Below, one piece after another: positions 1-13,004 of a DNA stretch of 64,000 nt. Source of the DNA: Mytilus edulis (Eukaryota); the NCBI RefSeq assembly GCF_963676685.1, contig NC_092350.1:29946001-30010000 (forward strand). Reading direction: 5' to 3'. A program made the position numbers and the translations under genes. Every line of letters begins with the position of its first letter. Within the stretch, counting starts at the first letter, position 1. The notes below the pieces were generated by a model. It did not search any database. It saw only the letters and a list, made by a program, of their open reading frames with translations, and had not been told where the DNA came from.

Positions 1-404
1 TTTAAACAAGGAAGGCTTAGGAAGAATATGGAGCGAAGGGAGGTTACTCGAGTGCAAAAGTGAAATGAATTATGATTAGTTTTGCAATACAGATTATTTA
101 AGTGCAAATGCTCATCAAAACGGGATGTTTAAATAAAACCATATTAAAAGTAAACCATAAGGATTATACCATGACAAGAAAAAAAGGAAGATTAAAATAT
201 ATGTTTAAAATATATATTAAATTTGAAATCCACTACAGTATTTAAAAAAAAATATTTATTGACTTTTCCATTTTAATTTTTAGACATGTTTGTTTAAATA
301 ACTGCTAAAAGGTTTCTTTTAAACAAGTGATGTTTCAAATAATTTACATAACGGAAGTTCGAAATTTCCACATCTCACAAGAATAGACCAAAAATAACTC
401 TTAA

Positions 405-1015
405 GGTAGATAGGGTGTCTTCCTCCATCTTGGATTTTGAAATACTAGAAAACAAGGTCTAGATCTTTGATGAAATGTGCAAATTTTTATAGTAGTAGGT
501 AATTCATGTGTAAGAATTTTCATTATAATATAGAAAATGCCATGTTTGATCATATTTATGATTGTATTTTACAAAAATAAGAATCCTTTTGTTTGATTCA
601 TTTTTGTCCAACTTTGTCAAATAAGGGGAGGCAACTCAAATGCAAGGGCAGATAATCCAGATAGTGTTACTTTTACAATAGAATGTGTTAGGAATTTACC
701 CATTTTTACATGTAGCAAGAAAACGAGTCCGGTGACCCCATTTTTTCTTTTTCTTATCTGAAAGCATAATATTGAAGCTATCTTCTCATATTTTATCTCA
801 AAATTCTATGGTGTGGTTTGTGTTTTATGGCGGAAAAATGGGTTTTCCATGAATAATCTATACAAAATCTTGACAATTTTGAACAACCTGTAGCGTGAAA
901 ATAAGTCCGGTGACCCATTCTTTTTATTAATGTTTTTAAACAAGCAGGATATGAACTACATTTTGGCAAATTATTAAAAGATTCTATGGATTATAATTTA
1001 GACACCCCATCTACC
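405..1015. mobile_element. Non-autonomous DNA transposon (MITE) with TTAA TSD, Kolobok-like
   Basis: TTAA|GGTAGATAGGGTGTCT at 401-420 and AGACACCCCATCTACC|TTAA at 1000-1019: 16-bp TIR with 1 mismatch, TTAA on both sides, no coding capacity. Purine-purine termini with TTAA TSD fit Kolobok better than piggyBac (established knowledge). Confidence 0.75.
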
Positions 1016-1415
1016 TTAAAATGACTACAATCTTACTTTCAAATCAAGATTCGTCCACTGTAATAAGGACTTACAAATGTTGACAGTGGAGCAAGTTTCA
1101 CTTTGAATGTTTGATTGCAATTCAATTTTATTATACAATCTGTTATATAAATGTGTGGGAAATCGTATGCTGCATAACAAATTTTCACACAGAATCGCGA
1201 CAAGTTCGTTAATGGATAATAGAGTAGATGAGGAAGTACTGACAGAAACAATTCCTTGAAATTTTTGGATCCAATACTATTGACTGCTTTATGTTGATTG
1301 TTTTACTAATAAGCTAAAATTATTAATAAAAAGTGTCAACTCATAAACGTCGACACCACTCGTTAAAGTCCGTTTGAAGTTAATTCCAACTTTTATTTCA
1401 ATATATATAGATATA

Positions 1416-1505
1416 GAAAGATGTGGTATGAGTGCCAATAAGACAACTCTCCATCCATTGCAAGTAACAATTTAAACAAGTAAACCATTATAAGTCAAGG
1501 TATGG
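1416..1505 (+). repeat. Dispersed repeat fragment (GAAGATGTGGTATGAGTGCCAATGAGACAACTCTCCA family)
   Basis: The same motif recurs at ~42968-43310 (+), ~48091-48300 (+), ~37936-38066 (-) and degenerately at ~53660. Confidence 0.65.
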
Positions 1506-3724
1506 TCTTGACTGGTTATTCACGGACTATGATAATTCATGTTTACTTTTGGTGGTCCAATCGCAAAAGGTCTTTCGGAAAACTAATTCTACAAAAGTTG
1601 TATGCGTCTAAACTATTTCCTCAATTTCCAAACAGATGAACTCTTTTAGAACTAAATCCAAAATCATTCAAGGACAACGTTTCTAAATCTGTATAATTAA
1701 GTAAAAACAAATTTCAATGGGAGGTAATCGTTTTTAATATTTTACTTTGATAGAACTAGAGTAGTCTTCCATTTAAGGAAAAGCTTTTTCGGACAATAAT
1801 GTTTGCTCTTTTTTATCTCTTTTTTTGTATGTTCATTTCACTGAAACAAGTTATCAGTTTTCCTTCAAAACAAAATTTAAAGACTATACCTTTTTATGTA
1901 TATTAACATATTAAACTTAATACCAACAATAAAATTGAGAAAGAAGTAAAGATAATTATCAGTATATTATCTTATGACACGTGCAATACTTTTACTACCG
2001 AATGCTAGTTTCTTCGTCTAGACATTGTTATTGTTTACCAATGAAATTTTAAAATTATAAACAAAAGTATGAATTGATTTAAGATACATCTTTATATTTC
2101 ACCCGAAAGCAATTCAATGCAAACTACATCTTATTATAACACAGTAATGGTTGTTATTTTTTTAAGGAAAAATTAAAGAAGAATAAACAGCGATAGTTAT
2201 TAGAAAGTAATATAAGATGATTAAACAACTTTTCCAACTATGATTGAAGGAAAATTATTGAGAGCAAAATTTTGATAGTTCTACGTTCTCCGTCATAAAC
2301 TTTTCATCGTTTTTTGTGTTTTGAGAACTCAATTTATATGTATGAATAAAGGCAACAGTAGTACACCGGTGATCAAAGGTCATAAATCCATTGTGAGAAA
2401 ACAAATCCGGATTACAAACTAAAATAAACGGAAAAACATCAACTATATGAACAAACGAACAACAGAAACACTGAAGTGAACAGAAAAAAAACATGTCATG
2501 GATCATCTGTGTATCTTCTATTTAGGTTTTATAATTGTTAAAATTCCTGGTCATAATGTAGATGGAGAATGTTATCATGTCAAAGCACTTAGACACAATT
2601 CGTATGGATTTCTCATTATTTCTGTTGTTTTATACTTTACATTTGGGATTAAAGATGGTGGATTAATTGTCTTTTAAAATTTCTCTCCACTTTCTGTACT
2701 ATTTGCTTTGACAGGACAGTCAGTTTTTTATTGATGTAACGCCGGGGAGAACCACAAACATGACATTCCTATGATTTAAGATATTAAAATGTCAGGAAGG
2801 GAAAGATCCAAAATATAAAGCAATCCAATCCTTACATTGCATATAGCTTTATTTTTAAATTTCATAATTATTTTAAAAACTTATCTGTCTGTTTGTTATT
2901 TTAAGAGATCATGTTCATTACCTTAAATTACTATAAACTTGAATTTAGATACGATATCCTCTTTTCCTTGTTTATATTACCAGCAATTGAGACGTTTCGC
3001 CAAATATGTTTTCGTTGTAGTAGATGATCTCCAATTTACCGGGACCACCTAAGAACCTTCCAAATATTTTGGTAGATTTCGCGGTGCCGAGTCTTCAAAG
3101 CTCGAAACCTATACACATATTATACATGGTTCGAGTTGAAGGTTGGTCCAGCTAATACCTTTGAGTAGACGAAATTAAATCAATTGTTATTTGGTGAAGA
3201 GCGTTCTTGTCGTAGGTAAATCCAGAAAATCGCTTCGGACGAATTTAATCATATAAATGTCATTTAATTGAACATGGGTTAAACAAAAAAAAACAACAGA
3301 AAAACCGAAGGAACAAAAAAAAACTCTTTCGATTGTTATATTGTTCAGACGTCTTTTTATGTACGTTTATACTTTTAACTGTGTATGTATACAGATTCTG
3401 AAAAGAACATCGGTAAACTACTATACCATCTACAATTAATATCTTAATATAATGGATACCGAACAACTTTTTGGCGATGTGTTATTTGAAATGTAAAGTT
3501 TACTAAGGCTTTATAGTAGAGGATAAGCTTTTTTGTTGGAACTAATTGGTAGTCCAGAAGGTATAAAACTCTCCACCAATACCAGACGTATACTCTGGTA
3601 CGTCAGACGAGCATTTCGTCTACCTTAGGCTCATCAAAAGATTTGGACTACTCGAGTGGTGATTTTCTCGTTTCAGAAATACCCATCAATAGTGCTATCG
3701 ATCAATTGATCTCAGGCTTATCAT

Positions 3725-4010
3725 AATAGTTATCAAAGGTACCAGGATTATATTTTTTTACGCCAGACGCGCGTGTCGTCTACATGAGACTCATTAGTGA
3801 CGCTCAGATCAAAATAGTAATAAAGCCAAAAAAGTACAAAATTGAAGAGAATTGAGGACCCAAAATTCCAAAAAGTTGTGCCAAATACGGCTATGGTAAT
3901 CTATTCCTGGAATAAAAAATAAAAGCCTTAGTATTTTGAAAAATTCACAGTTTTGTAACAGGAAGTTTATAAAAATGACCATATAATTGATATGCATGTC
4001 AATAAACACG
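3725..4010 (-). mobile_element. Hammerhead-ribozyme-bearing repeat (retrozyme-like), degenerate copy
   Basis: Homologous to 63651-63934 in the opposite orientation. The hammerhead at 3761-3804 has mutated cores (CTAATGA, GACA). Further decayed hammerhead-like motifs lie at ~3600-3637 and ~4009-4052. Confidence 0.7.
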
Positions 4011-5384
4011 TCAGACGCGCGTATTGTTTACAATAGACTTAGTCGTGATGCGAAATCAAATTCGAAATTTGAGGAGAATAAAAAAACAAAAAAAATGAAA
4101 CAGTTTTCAATCTTTGAAAATTCATCAAAAATAAATAGAAACGCCGGACTTATCAGATGCGAAACAAAAATGTCGAAGTTCTGCAAAATTTAGCTCACAA
4201 CATTTATTTCTAGAGGTAAATACAACTCAATATTTCGAACGTTTTTTTCTTTATATCAACAAAAATGTTACAGAAAATTACCGGAACTATAATATCTTTT
4301 GTCAACCCCGGAGTATTGCTTACAGAAATGATATTAACTAGCAGTTTTATCGACTCGAATTAGACCAGTTTGAATTACCAAGTTGAAGAGGATTAAAAAC
4401 AAAGTTACAAATAGTTGGTCCAATTCTAAAATAATGCCCTCTATATTAAGGATGAAGGAGAGGAATCCTTTTTATTTCGTAAGAATTTAACACTCTGTAT
4501 ATTGGAAATTTACATACAATGACAGAAAATTAGTCACTGGTCTTGATGATACTGTGGAGGAGAAACAGTAATTAGAAGTGTAATTGACTAAATGGTATAT
4601 ATCATCGTCAAAAGTACATGGCTTATGATTAACTGGAACCGTATTCCAGATAGATTTTAAACCATTTCAAATAAAATTGAAAACTTAATCCTTTCAGGAA
4701 AATAAGCGAGTTAGTTATCTTATTCCATTTTAAACAATAATCTCAACAAACAAATGAATTTAAAAACAAATTTGATACAGGAAAAAAGTATAACAAAATG
4801 CCGAATTCCAATGCAAATTTAAAAAGGGGAAGTACATACACACTTAAATATCAAACGCTATCAGTCAACGGAACAAGTGAAAAACAAGAACTCAGGTTAC
4901 AAAATTGAAATCATACTTATAACGGATGGCATACACTCATGGTCAACTTTATCATTATTTATATTTTGATACTACCGAAATATATCTGCTTGATATAGTC
5001 ATAAAATCATTGCTTATTTCGCTGATTCTACTTCTAACATTCGCACAGAACATTCAAATACAGAAGAAACCTGGAATTTATAAAACAAAATTCATGCAAA
5101 AGAAATTATGCAAATTCCATAATTAAAAATAATTCCGTATTGAAATAATAGCCTGTTTTCTTTACTTTCGCAATTTTTAATGTTTTGAATTCTTTTAGTA
5201 ATTCTATTGGGTTAAACTTGATGTTATTCAGTCGTTTATATCTTCGGATTGGAAACTATCTTAGTCTTGTTACCATCGCAGGCCAGTATTACGAAATTTT
5301 TAAGATGATCTGAGTGCTTATAATGATAAAATCTTGAGGAAATATCTTAGGATTTTCTTAAAGATAACTATAATGAAACATTCG

Positions 5385-5640
5385 TATCGGTTAAATTCCG
5401 ATTTCCGAAACCAATGTAAAAGACTGTCGTCCGGTAGGAATATAAAACTTGAATTCAATGTCTCGTTTCGGGAAAGGGATGACTTTCTAACACTCTATGA
5501 TGGGGTGATATAACCCCCTTTTCCATTTGCCAATGGCAGTCAAAAAATCTTCACTTGTTCCAGGTCGATCCCCTTCCCAACACGTACCTGAATTGTTAAT
5601 TATGTTAATTCGACGTAAGCAAACCGCAATCAATCAATAA
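5385..5640 (+). mobile_element. Probable SINE remnant
   Basis: GC-richer island ending ...TCGACGTAAGCAAACCGCAATCAATCAAT, a (CAAT)n tail. A similar tail occurs at 11783-11810. No intact Pol III head is visible. Confidence 0.4.
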
Positions 5641-6725
5641 AAATTAAAACCCAAACATGCAAAAAACTAAATGATAATCTGGATTTGGCGTGATTGAATT
5701 TTTGTTTGCTATCGGAGCCAATTATAACTAACGTATCTGAGTTGCTTTCAACATTGCATTTAAAAAAAAAATGGTTCAGAATTTGAATTTTTGTTTTTTG
5801 TTTTCTAATCTATTAAAATAATGCTTTTAAACTATTTCTACATTTTACTACCATCATAAGTGCAAGAGCACGTATTATACACATAGAGATATTTGATGGT
5901 AATCTGGAAACTCTTGCTTCGTATGTAAATTGTTTGTTTAAGGTGCATGGAAATGAAACTGTCTATAATTGTTTACGTCTCTTTTTAATCAATATAAACA
6001 AAAAATAACTGGAAAAACCCATTATTGTCTTAAATTTATTTGTAGAACTTGATATTTAAAGTGGACAGTAAGTGCTAATATGATAATATTTATGTACCTT
6101 ACAGTTCCGTATTTTGTCGATGATGTGTTAAATAATTATAATAGTTTAACAATAAAACCAGATATAAAGGTTCACCAAGGTTAAAGTTGTACCTTTCATT
6201 AAAAGAAATATACATAAAAGTAAAAAAACAAATGACTGATCAGTGGGTATACGCCTTTTTGTTGTATTGATGTTTACACGCCATTATGACAATTATGGGA
6301 AATTGTTTAGTTTTTTTAACAAAATATTTGACTGCAATGAGTTTTCTTATCTATCAAATAAGTTCTTGGTTTCCAATAATTTGCAGTGAAATCCCATAAT
6401 AACACTTATGTCAAAAACATTTTAAATAATACTTGTTTCAATAAACAACGATACTTTTTTGATTTTGAAAAATTGTTATACTAGTTAAGAATTGGACTCG
6501 ATAAACCTTTTACGCTTTGTATAAGGTATCACAAAGCAAACTAACTTTAAATGAATAAAAGAAAAGTTTATTGCTGAAGCTGACATAAAACAGTCATGGT
6601 TTTAAATTTTAACAAATATGATTTTAAGAACCAATTGTTCGAATTTAAAAAGCACAAAATTTAATTCAGTTATGGAAAAATAAAATGGCAATAAAGTTTA
6701 AAAGCATATATAACGTAAAACTTAC

Positions 6726-6991
6726 TTGCGATTAAGGTACTTCTGTGACGCATTGTTTACAATGGAGGGTAGCCGGATGCGATAATATTGTCACCGTGCC
6801 TTAAGAAGTGTCATCCAATATAAAAAAGTTATAGTTGTTGACATGGCTGTGGGCGAAATAGCAATACACTGGCGAAAGGCTGCAACGGTTCGCTTGTAAA
6901 CGATTACTGTAACGTTAGAATTCCTAAGGATGAGCCATAGACACATCTGTTTATTTATTCCAAAGTTGTTCTACAAACGTTCAAATAGTCG
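6726..6991 (-). other. Candidate isolated exon of an unidentified minus-strand gene (mostly 5'UTR)
   Basis: On the minus strand there is an acceptor TTTCTTACATTTCAG at 6992-7006 and a donor GTAAG at 6725-6721, and the segment is GC-richer than its flanks. ATG at 6753 gives MRHRSTLIA up to the donor. No recognisable homology. Confidence 0.3.
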
Positions 6992-9900
6992 CTGAAATGT
7001 AAGAAATATTCCAGATTCAACTACTCTTTGATAAATGTAAATGAACAACTTCTTCACAAAGCCAATAACTGTCAATAGAACGTATTTAAACACCAGGAAT
7101 TAAGTCTTATCAAACTTTACTTTTTCAATGCTTGAAAACATTGATATTTTTTCTTTCATGTTTAATTTCCACTCCTTTGAATTAAAGAATATAAAATTTA
7201 TATTCGAGAACGACTTTATTTAAACAAAAAAAAGCAGTACAATAAAATAAAATAGTTTTCTTTCAAAATTTATTTTCTTAATCAAATATATGGTTTTCCT
7301 TTTAATTTTATTTTAGCGGTAAAGCTTTTGTTGGAGTTTAATCAACTGTTTGGTGTTGACATGGGAGGGGAGAGTGCCATCGTGTAACTTAAGCCGGGTG
7401 ATCTCTATTGTTTCGCCACCGAATTGACAGCAACGTTTGTCCTACTTCAATTCATTACAGATATTATCTTCCCGTCCGACAATATTTGACATGATAAGCG
7501 AACATTGTGAAACAAATTATCTACAATTTTACAACCGAAAGGAAAAATAAAATTGATATCAAACCAAAATTGTCAATTATTTCCACGAAGGACAATTTTC
7601 TTTTGTATGAAATCAGACAATCTTGATGAAATCATACAAATGAACAATCTTAACAGCATTAAAATATATTTAAAAAGCGGAAATTGAATCAGTGAATGAT
7701 TAAATATATATTATTAAGATAGGTACAAATTATCTAGAGTTCATTAAATATGAGCCTACACAGGTATTGAGTTCTGGGATGGTGTTTTGCGCAGTGTCTA
7801 ATGTTAAGCTCTACTAGCTTTATTTGTATGCCAAGATCAGGATGTCGTAATTACAAGTCCTGTAGAGAGTGAATGAAGCGAACAATACATGGTAGCAAAG
7901 TTAGTGATAGCATGGAAATACAATAAAGGAGTTAGATACTCAATTTAATGACCATATAATTTATTGAAAAATGCCTAGTGTTCTCTCTTATTTTTAAAAC
8001 TTTTTTTTCAAATACAGACCTATTTCTTTTAATTGTTTTCTTTTTTTATATATATACTTTGTTATATTATCTCAAAGGTTTAAAATCGTATCTTTTTAAA
8101 ATAAAGAGTTTATGAAAATTGACACCTAGATATTAAAAAAAAATTATACAAAGGGCAGGCACAAAAAAAGAGTTTATACAAGAAGTTGGTATGGTTGATA
8201 CTTCTTTACAGAACAAACTTTAGGTTATGAATGATAGATATTTAAATTATTTGCTGATATGATTTTTGAAGAAAAATAGGATTTAAATTAGTAACTTTAA
8301 AATTTTCAATGAGATCACAAGTTCTTCTAGCTGCCAATATTCTGCATTGTATGTTTCTGATGATAGAATATATATATATAGATATAGGAAAAATATTTCA
8401 AAATCTATTCAACTGACATCATATGGTTTTAAAACGTTGTCGAAAATGCATAGGAATACAATATTTATTGCATTTATATCATCAGTGTTTTTCATATATA
8501 TTATAAGCATGTGAATCTACGTAAAAAGATGAAAAAAGAAATCCCTCTTAGTCATGAATAGTATCAAATAAGTACAAAAATTTAAAATTTGAATCGTACT
8601 AACGTTTTTACAAGTGTAAGGTTTTAGATTATTTTTGGTCGCTTATGAATTAGATATTTGTACTGTATACCATGTTGTACTATATATAATATGATTTTTA
8701 AACTTATTTGACCAAAAAGATAAAGTAGTTTAACTAAATTAAAAAAAATATAACAAAAATACCAACACCAAGGTAAATTCAATAAGGAAAAGTCCATAAA
8801 AATTGACAAAATCAAACTTACATATATTGATAATAAAAATAGGTTTAGTATGATTATTATTATTATCATGGTAAGGTCAAGTCTGTAATTTTGTATTTAA
8901 GCATTCGTTTTTAGAAAGGGACCTGAAGTAGTAATTTCAATATGCACAGTATAAAAATATATAACAAACTTTATTTTTCTTCGAGGTAGGAACAAGAAAC
9001 TGCGATTTTCTTTAATTGGGTGATAAGGTCGTAGAAATTGAATAATTGCCATTTGTGGTATAGTTTATTTTACCTCTTTCAGTCATTTAGCTTTAAACGT
9101 TTCGAACATTGCAAGACGTGTAAAATATAGGCAGAAGATATCGAAGGGATATTCAAACTAGAAAAAATGACAATGCCTAAGCAAAAAGACAAATAAACGA
9201 CCAATAGACAACAGTATACAAAACAAAACATGGGAAACTAAAGACTGAGCAACACAAGCACGGTAAAAACCGGTTGTAGTCTCATATGCCACGGACATGT
9301 GGCACCCTTTTCTATTGTCTCTTTTACCATCCTCACAAATTGATAAATTCAAAATTATTTCAACACAAATGACAAAATTATATAGAATAAGATAAAACAA
9401 ATTTATTCATTCGGTTGAAATAGACATGAGATATAATTTTGTTTTATTATATATTATGTTGTAACATAATATTATGAATAAAAGAATCATATACTTGTTG
9501 TTCCAAGGAACAATAATATAAAAATGACTTTCATGATTTTTTTTAAATATTTTCTTTTATTTTACATATTTATTTATTTTTCTATGAGTGCGACATCAAA
9601 AAATGAAAGACATGCAAACCTTTGTTTGTTCAATATTATCGAAGTTCAAAGACGTTATCTTACCTATTTTGAAAATAAAAATAAATTCCATGTTTGATAT
9701 AAATGATCATTCGAATAGTCTTTCAAACATATTAGCGGTAATTTTGTTTCATTTAACGATTGAAATACATCACACGAAAGAGAAGGATTAAATATTTCCC
9801 TTTTAGTACTAATTCACTAATTATTGTAACCAATATATAAATACAATACGACGTATGAAATGCTATCTGACAAAAACCTTATGATTTTTGTGGATAGTGT

Positions 9901-10109
9901 ACAACCTTAAGGCGTTTTACATATACTTGAATTAGACGTCACTTAGATAGGAATGATAATATAAACAATTCACTTACAAATTATGGTAAGGCTACATTTA
10001 AAAAAAGATAGTTTAAACAAATTTTCAAGGGGTCTCCCTTATATGTAGCAATATCCCTAATCTGAAAAATTACATCTTGTAATTGAACTAAGCATGGTTT
10101 TAAATATAC

Positions 10110-10315
10110 TAAGGCTTATGTACTTCAGGAAAACCGTAGCTGTATTTGACAAAACTTTTAGGAATTTTTTGTCCTCAATTCTCTTCAACTTTGTACTTTA
10201 TTTGGCTGTTTTGACATATTTTATTCGAGCGTCACTGATGAGTCTTTTGTGGACGAAACGCGTGTTTGGCGCAAATTCAAAATTTCAATCCTGGTATCTT
10301 TGATGAGTTTATTTA
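10110..10315 (+). mobile_element. Hammerhead-ribozyme-bearing repeat (retrozyme-like)
   Basis: GCGTCA-CTGATGA-GTCTTTTGTGGAC-GAAA-CGCGTGTT-TGGCGC at 10229-10272; flanks homologous to 63740-63930. Confidence 0.75.
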
Positions 10316-10344
10316 TGGTGGTTTAATCTTTAAAGTTGGAAACT

Positions 10345-10667
10345 TTAATGTGAGACCTCTAAATCAATGTTCGAGTTTATTACCTAGAATATTAAAAGTT
10401 TTTACATAATTTATTTTTTCTTATTTTTCTGAGTTAACATTTGAAGCATTTTTAAAAAAGTCATACTTTTGATCTGAGTTAACTATTTGAAACATCATTC
10501 CAGTCAGCTAAGAGGTATTTTTGAAAAATTAATTCTGTTTTGTCATTATGTTTGTGTATGTGTTGCTTTGTTTGAATGTAATATATTGTACCTTGTTTTG
10601 TGGAGAGGGCTTACCTGTTGCCCAATCAAATTCAATGTATTTGAATAAAATATTGTTTAAACTAAAC
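10345..10667 (+). mobile_element. 5'-truncated retroposed 3' end with 14-bp TSD
   Basis: TAAAGTTGGAAACT at both 10331-10344 and 10668-10681; the insert ends with AATAAA followed by a short (AAACT)n tail. Confidence 0.65.
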
Positions 10668-11309
10668 TAAAGTTGGAAACTGATGAAAGAGTTGTCCAAA
10701 ACATATACCAAAAACTGAGAGAAAACATAATTAGGGTTCTGGGACAATTTTGATAAATTGTATGTTGAGTTCGCCTGGTAGCATTATATAACTATCTTAT
10801 CCATACAAATTCAGGCAACTGTAGTTTACTGATGTTGAATCTTATTACTCGAATAAGAAAGAAAAAACTGATAAAAAAAAACTCTAAAGGGAGCAAAATC
10901 GTATGCATGAGAAGGGGTTGAATTTAAATTATTAAAAATAATTCCTTCATATTTATTCCTGTAAGACAATACACTCATTTCAAAGTTTAATCAAACAAAC
11001 ACGACAGCTGCAGCTTGTGGAACAGGTACTATCATCCTTCAACAGCACACTAGTTTAAGACCGCTGTTTTTTTGGAATGTTTTGACTATTCCCCTCCCCC
11101 ATACGGTATTAGTATTTAGTCATTATTTGTAGTGATAAGATGATTGTCTTGCTGACTAAAATCATGGTTGTGTGTGTCCAGTAATGATTTGTTTTGCTTT
11201 TTAGAATTGTGACATGCTTGTTTGTTTTTTCTCTTACATTTTAGTCCTTCAGAGTTCATAATTGTTTTCGTAACTTTCTTTAGAGAGTTCTACATTATAT
11301 ATATCTCAC

Positions 11310-11645
11310 TGAAGTTATCCGGACACGGTTTTTTATGTTCCTCATGTCGTAACTACAACTCCGTTACCAAGAATGTGACCTACCGAATTATGGTAATCAC
11401 CGGTTATGAAATAACATTAGCAACACGACGGGTGCCACAATGAAACAGGATCTGCTTACCCTTCTGGAGCACATGAGTTCACCCCAGTTTTTGGTGGGGT
11501 TCCTGTTGCTTAGTTTTTATATTTCTATATTGTGTCTTGTGTACATTTAACATTATAAGTCTGTTTGTCTGTTTATTTTTTAGCCATGGCGTTGTCAGTT
11601 TATTTTCGATCTATGAGTTTGAAAGTCCTTAGTTATCTTTTGCCA
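11310..11645 (-). repeat. Dispersed repeat (AAACTGACAACGCCATGGC...GGGTAAGCAGATCCTG family)
   Basis: Its reverse complement matches pieces at ~9134-9305 and ~39015-39085/39900-40000. Confidence 0.6.
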
Positions 11646-12589
11646 CTCCTGTATATAAATGCTTACCTTTTTTGACGCGACTGGAAACACTGCATTGTTA
11701 AACTATATTTTACATACAGTGGTTTTTTGTTTTTTTTGCTTCCTAAGCATGAAGCTTTGTCACTTCAATCATAATTTCCTTCACGTTAAACAACAAACAA
11801 TCAATCAACAATTCTAGAACGGAAAAACAAATACTTATATTATTGTTCTATATCATTGAGCTTACCTAAGATCACTTCTTTGGGAAATATCATGATTAAG
11901 AAATAACGAATAGACTAAGGAAATGTCTAATTATTTATATAAAAAAAATGTTGCTTCATAACATTTACCCCAGAATATTACATTTGTTCGGCCTAAATGG
12001 TCATTACGAAATATGATAAGTTATAATTAAATTAGTTTAACCGTATCTGGTAGCCAACAATTTAGCTTGAAGGAGATTGTACAACTTCAACCCGATCATC
12101 ATTTGATGACCTTACTGACAAATGTGTATTGTATATAGAATAGGATACCCCTTGTTTGTGTAATATATTTCTCTGTTGTTTACATCTCACAGAAATGAAA
12201 TGTAGCGTTAAAACATTTGATGGGTAATTAGGCATATTCTATTTCACAAATTAAACTCTATGATTATAGTGGTGAAATAACTTGATGGACGATTTGATTC
12301 ACACTATGATGATTTTTGTTCCGTACAGTGATCAGGTATCGGTCAAATATTTTGTACTTTAGATCAGTATATATAACTATTTAATAACAAAACTTGAAGA
12401 AAAACTGCTGTCGTAATCAATAAAAAAAAAGCTATCAAGATCAGTAGATAATATTGTAAGGGATTTTTTGCGTTTTAATATTTGTTCAAACGATTTCACA
12501 AAGTTTTAGTATTAAATATGTATCTGTATTAAAAAAAATCGTCTCAACAATGTAAGATCGGTAAATTTGAGTTCGAAAATGTTTGTTCT

Positions 12590-12675
12590 TCCCTCGTGGG
12601 ATTAGAACCCTTGGTTTTGTGGTATTCACCTATAAATGAGTCCAGCGCTCTGTAACGCTCAATCAACTAGGCTAT
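12590..12675 (-). other. tRNA-derived (SINE head-like) relic
   Basis: Minus strand TAGCCTAGTTGATTGAGCG (A-box-like) ... GGGTTCTAATCCC (B-box-like); too degenerate for a functional tRNA. Confidence 0.35.
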
Positions 12676-13004
12676 CTTGAAATATAGCTTTCGTTAGTCG
12701 AGTATAGCCTTTCCTCGTGCTAGCGCTGTAATACAGTACATGCTGTATAATTGCAAGTAGGATTGTACGTATATATCTTTCAGATCAGCTATGTTTTGTC
12801 CGTCGTAAAAGATGATAATGTAATTACCATGCCGTCACATCAAATCATAATTTTATCTTATGTATCTATATATAAAGAACCACATACATTTTAACAGTGA
12901 TATAATTTAATATACAATTTTATAAGGATTTATTCCAGTTTTGTGTATCAGTCTCAGTTAGTACGTACCTTATATTTCCTGAAGTTGACATCATACAATG
13001 ATAT

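Noticed and set aside
1039-11443. Numerous 60-83 aa ORFs in the first 12 kb
   Set aside because: Hydrophobic, low-complexity translations typical of AT-rich non-coding DNA; no motifs or splice support.
12590-12675. Functional tRNA gene
   Set aside because: A and B boxes are degenerate and no convincing cloverleaf could be drawn.
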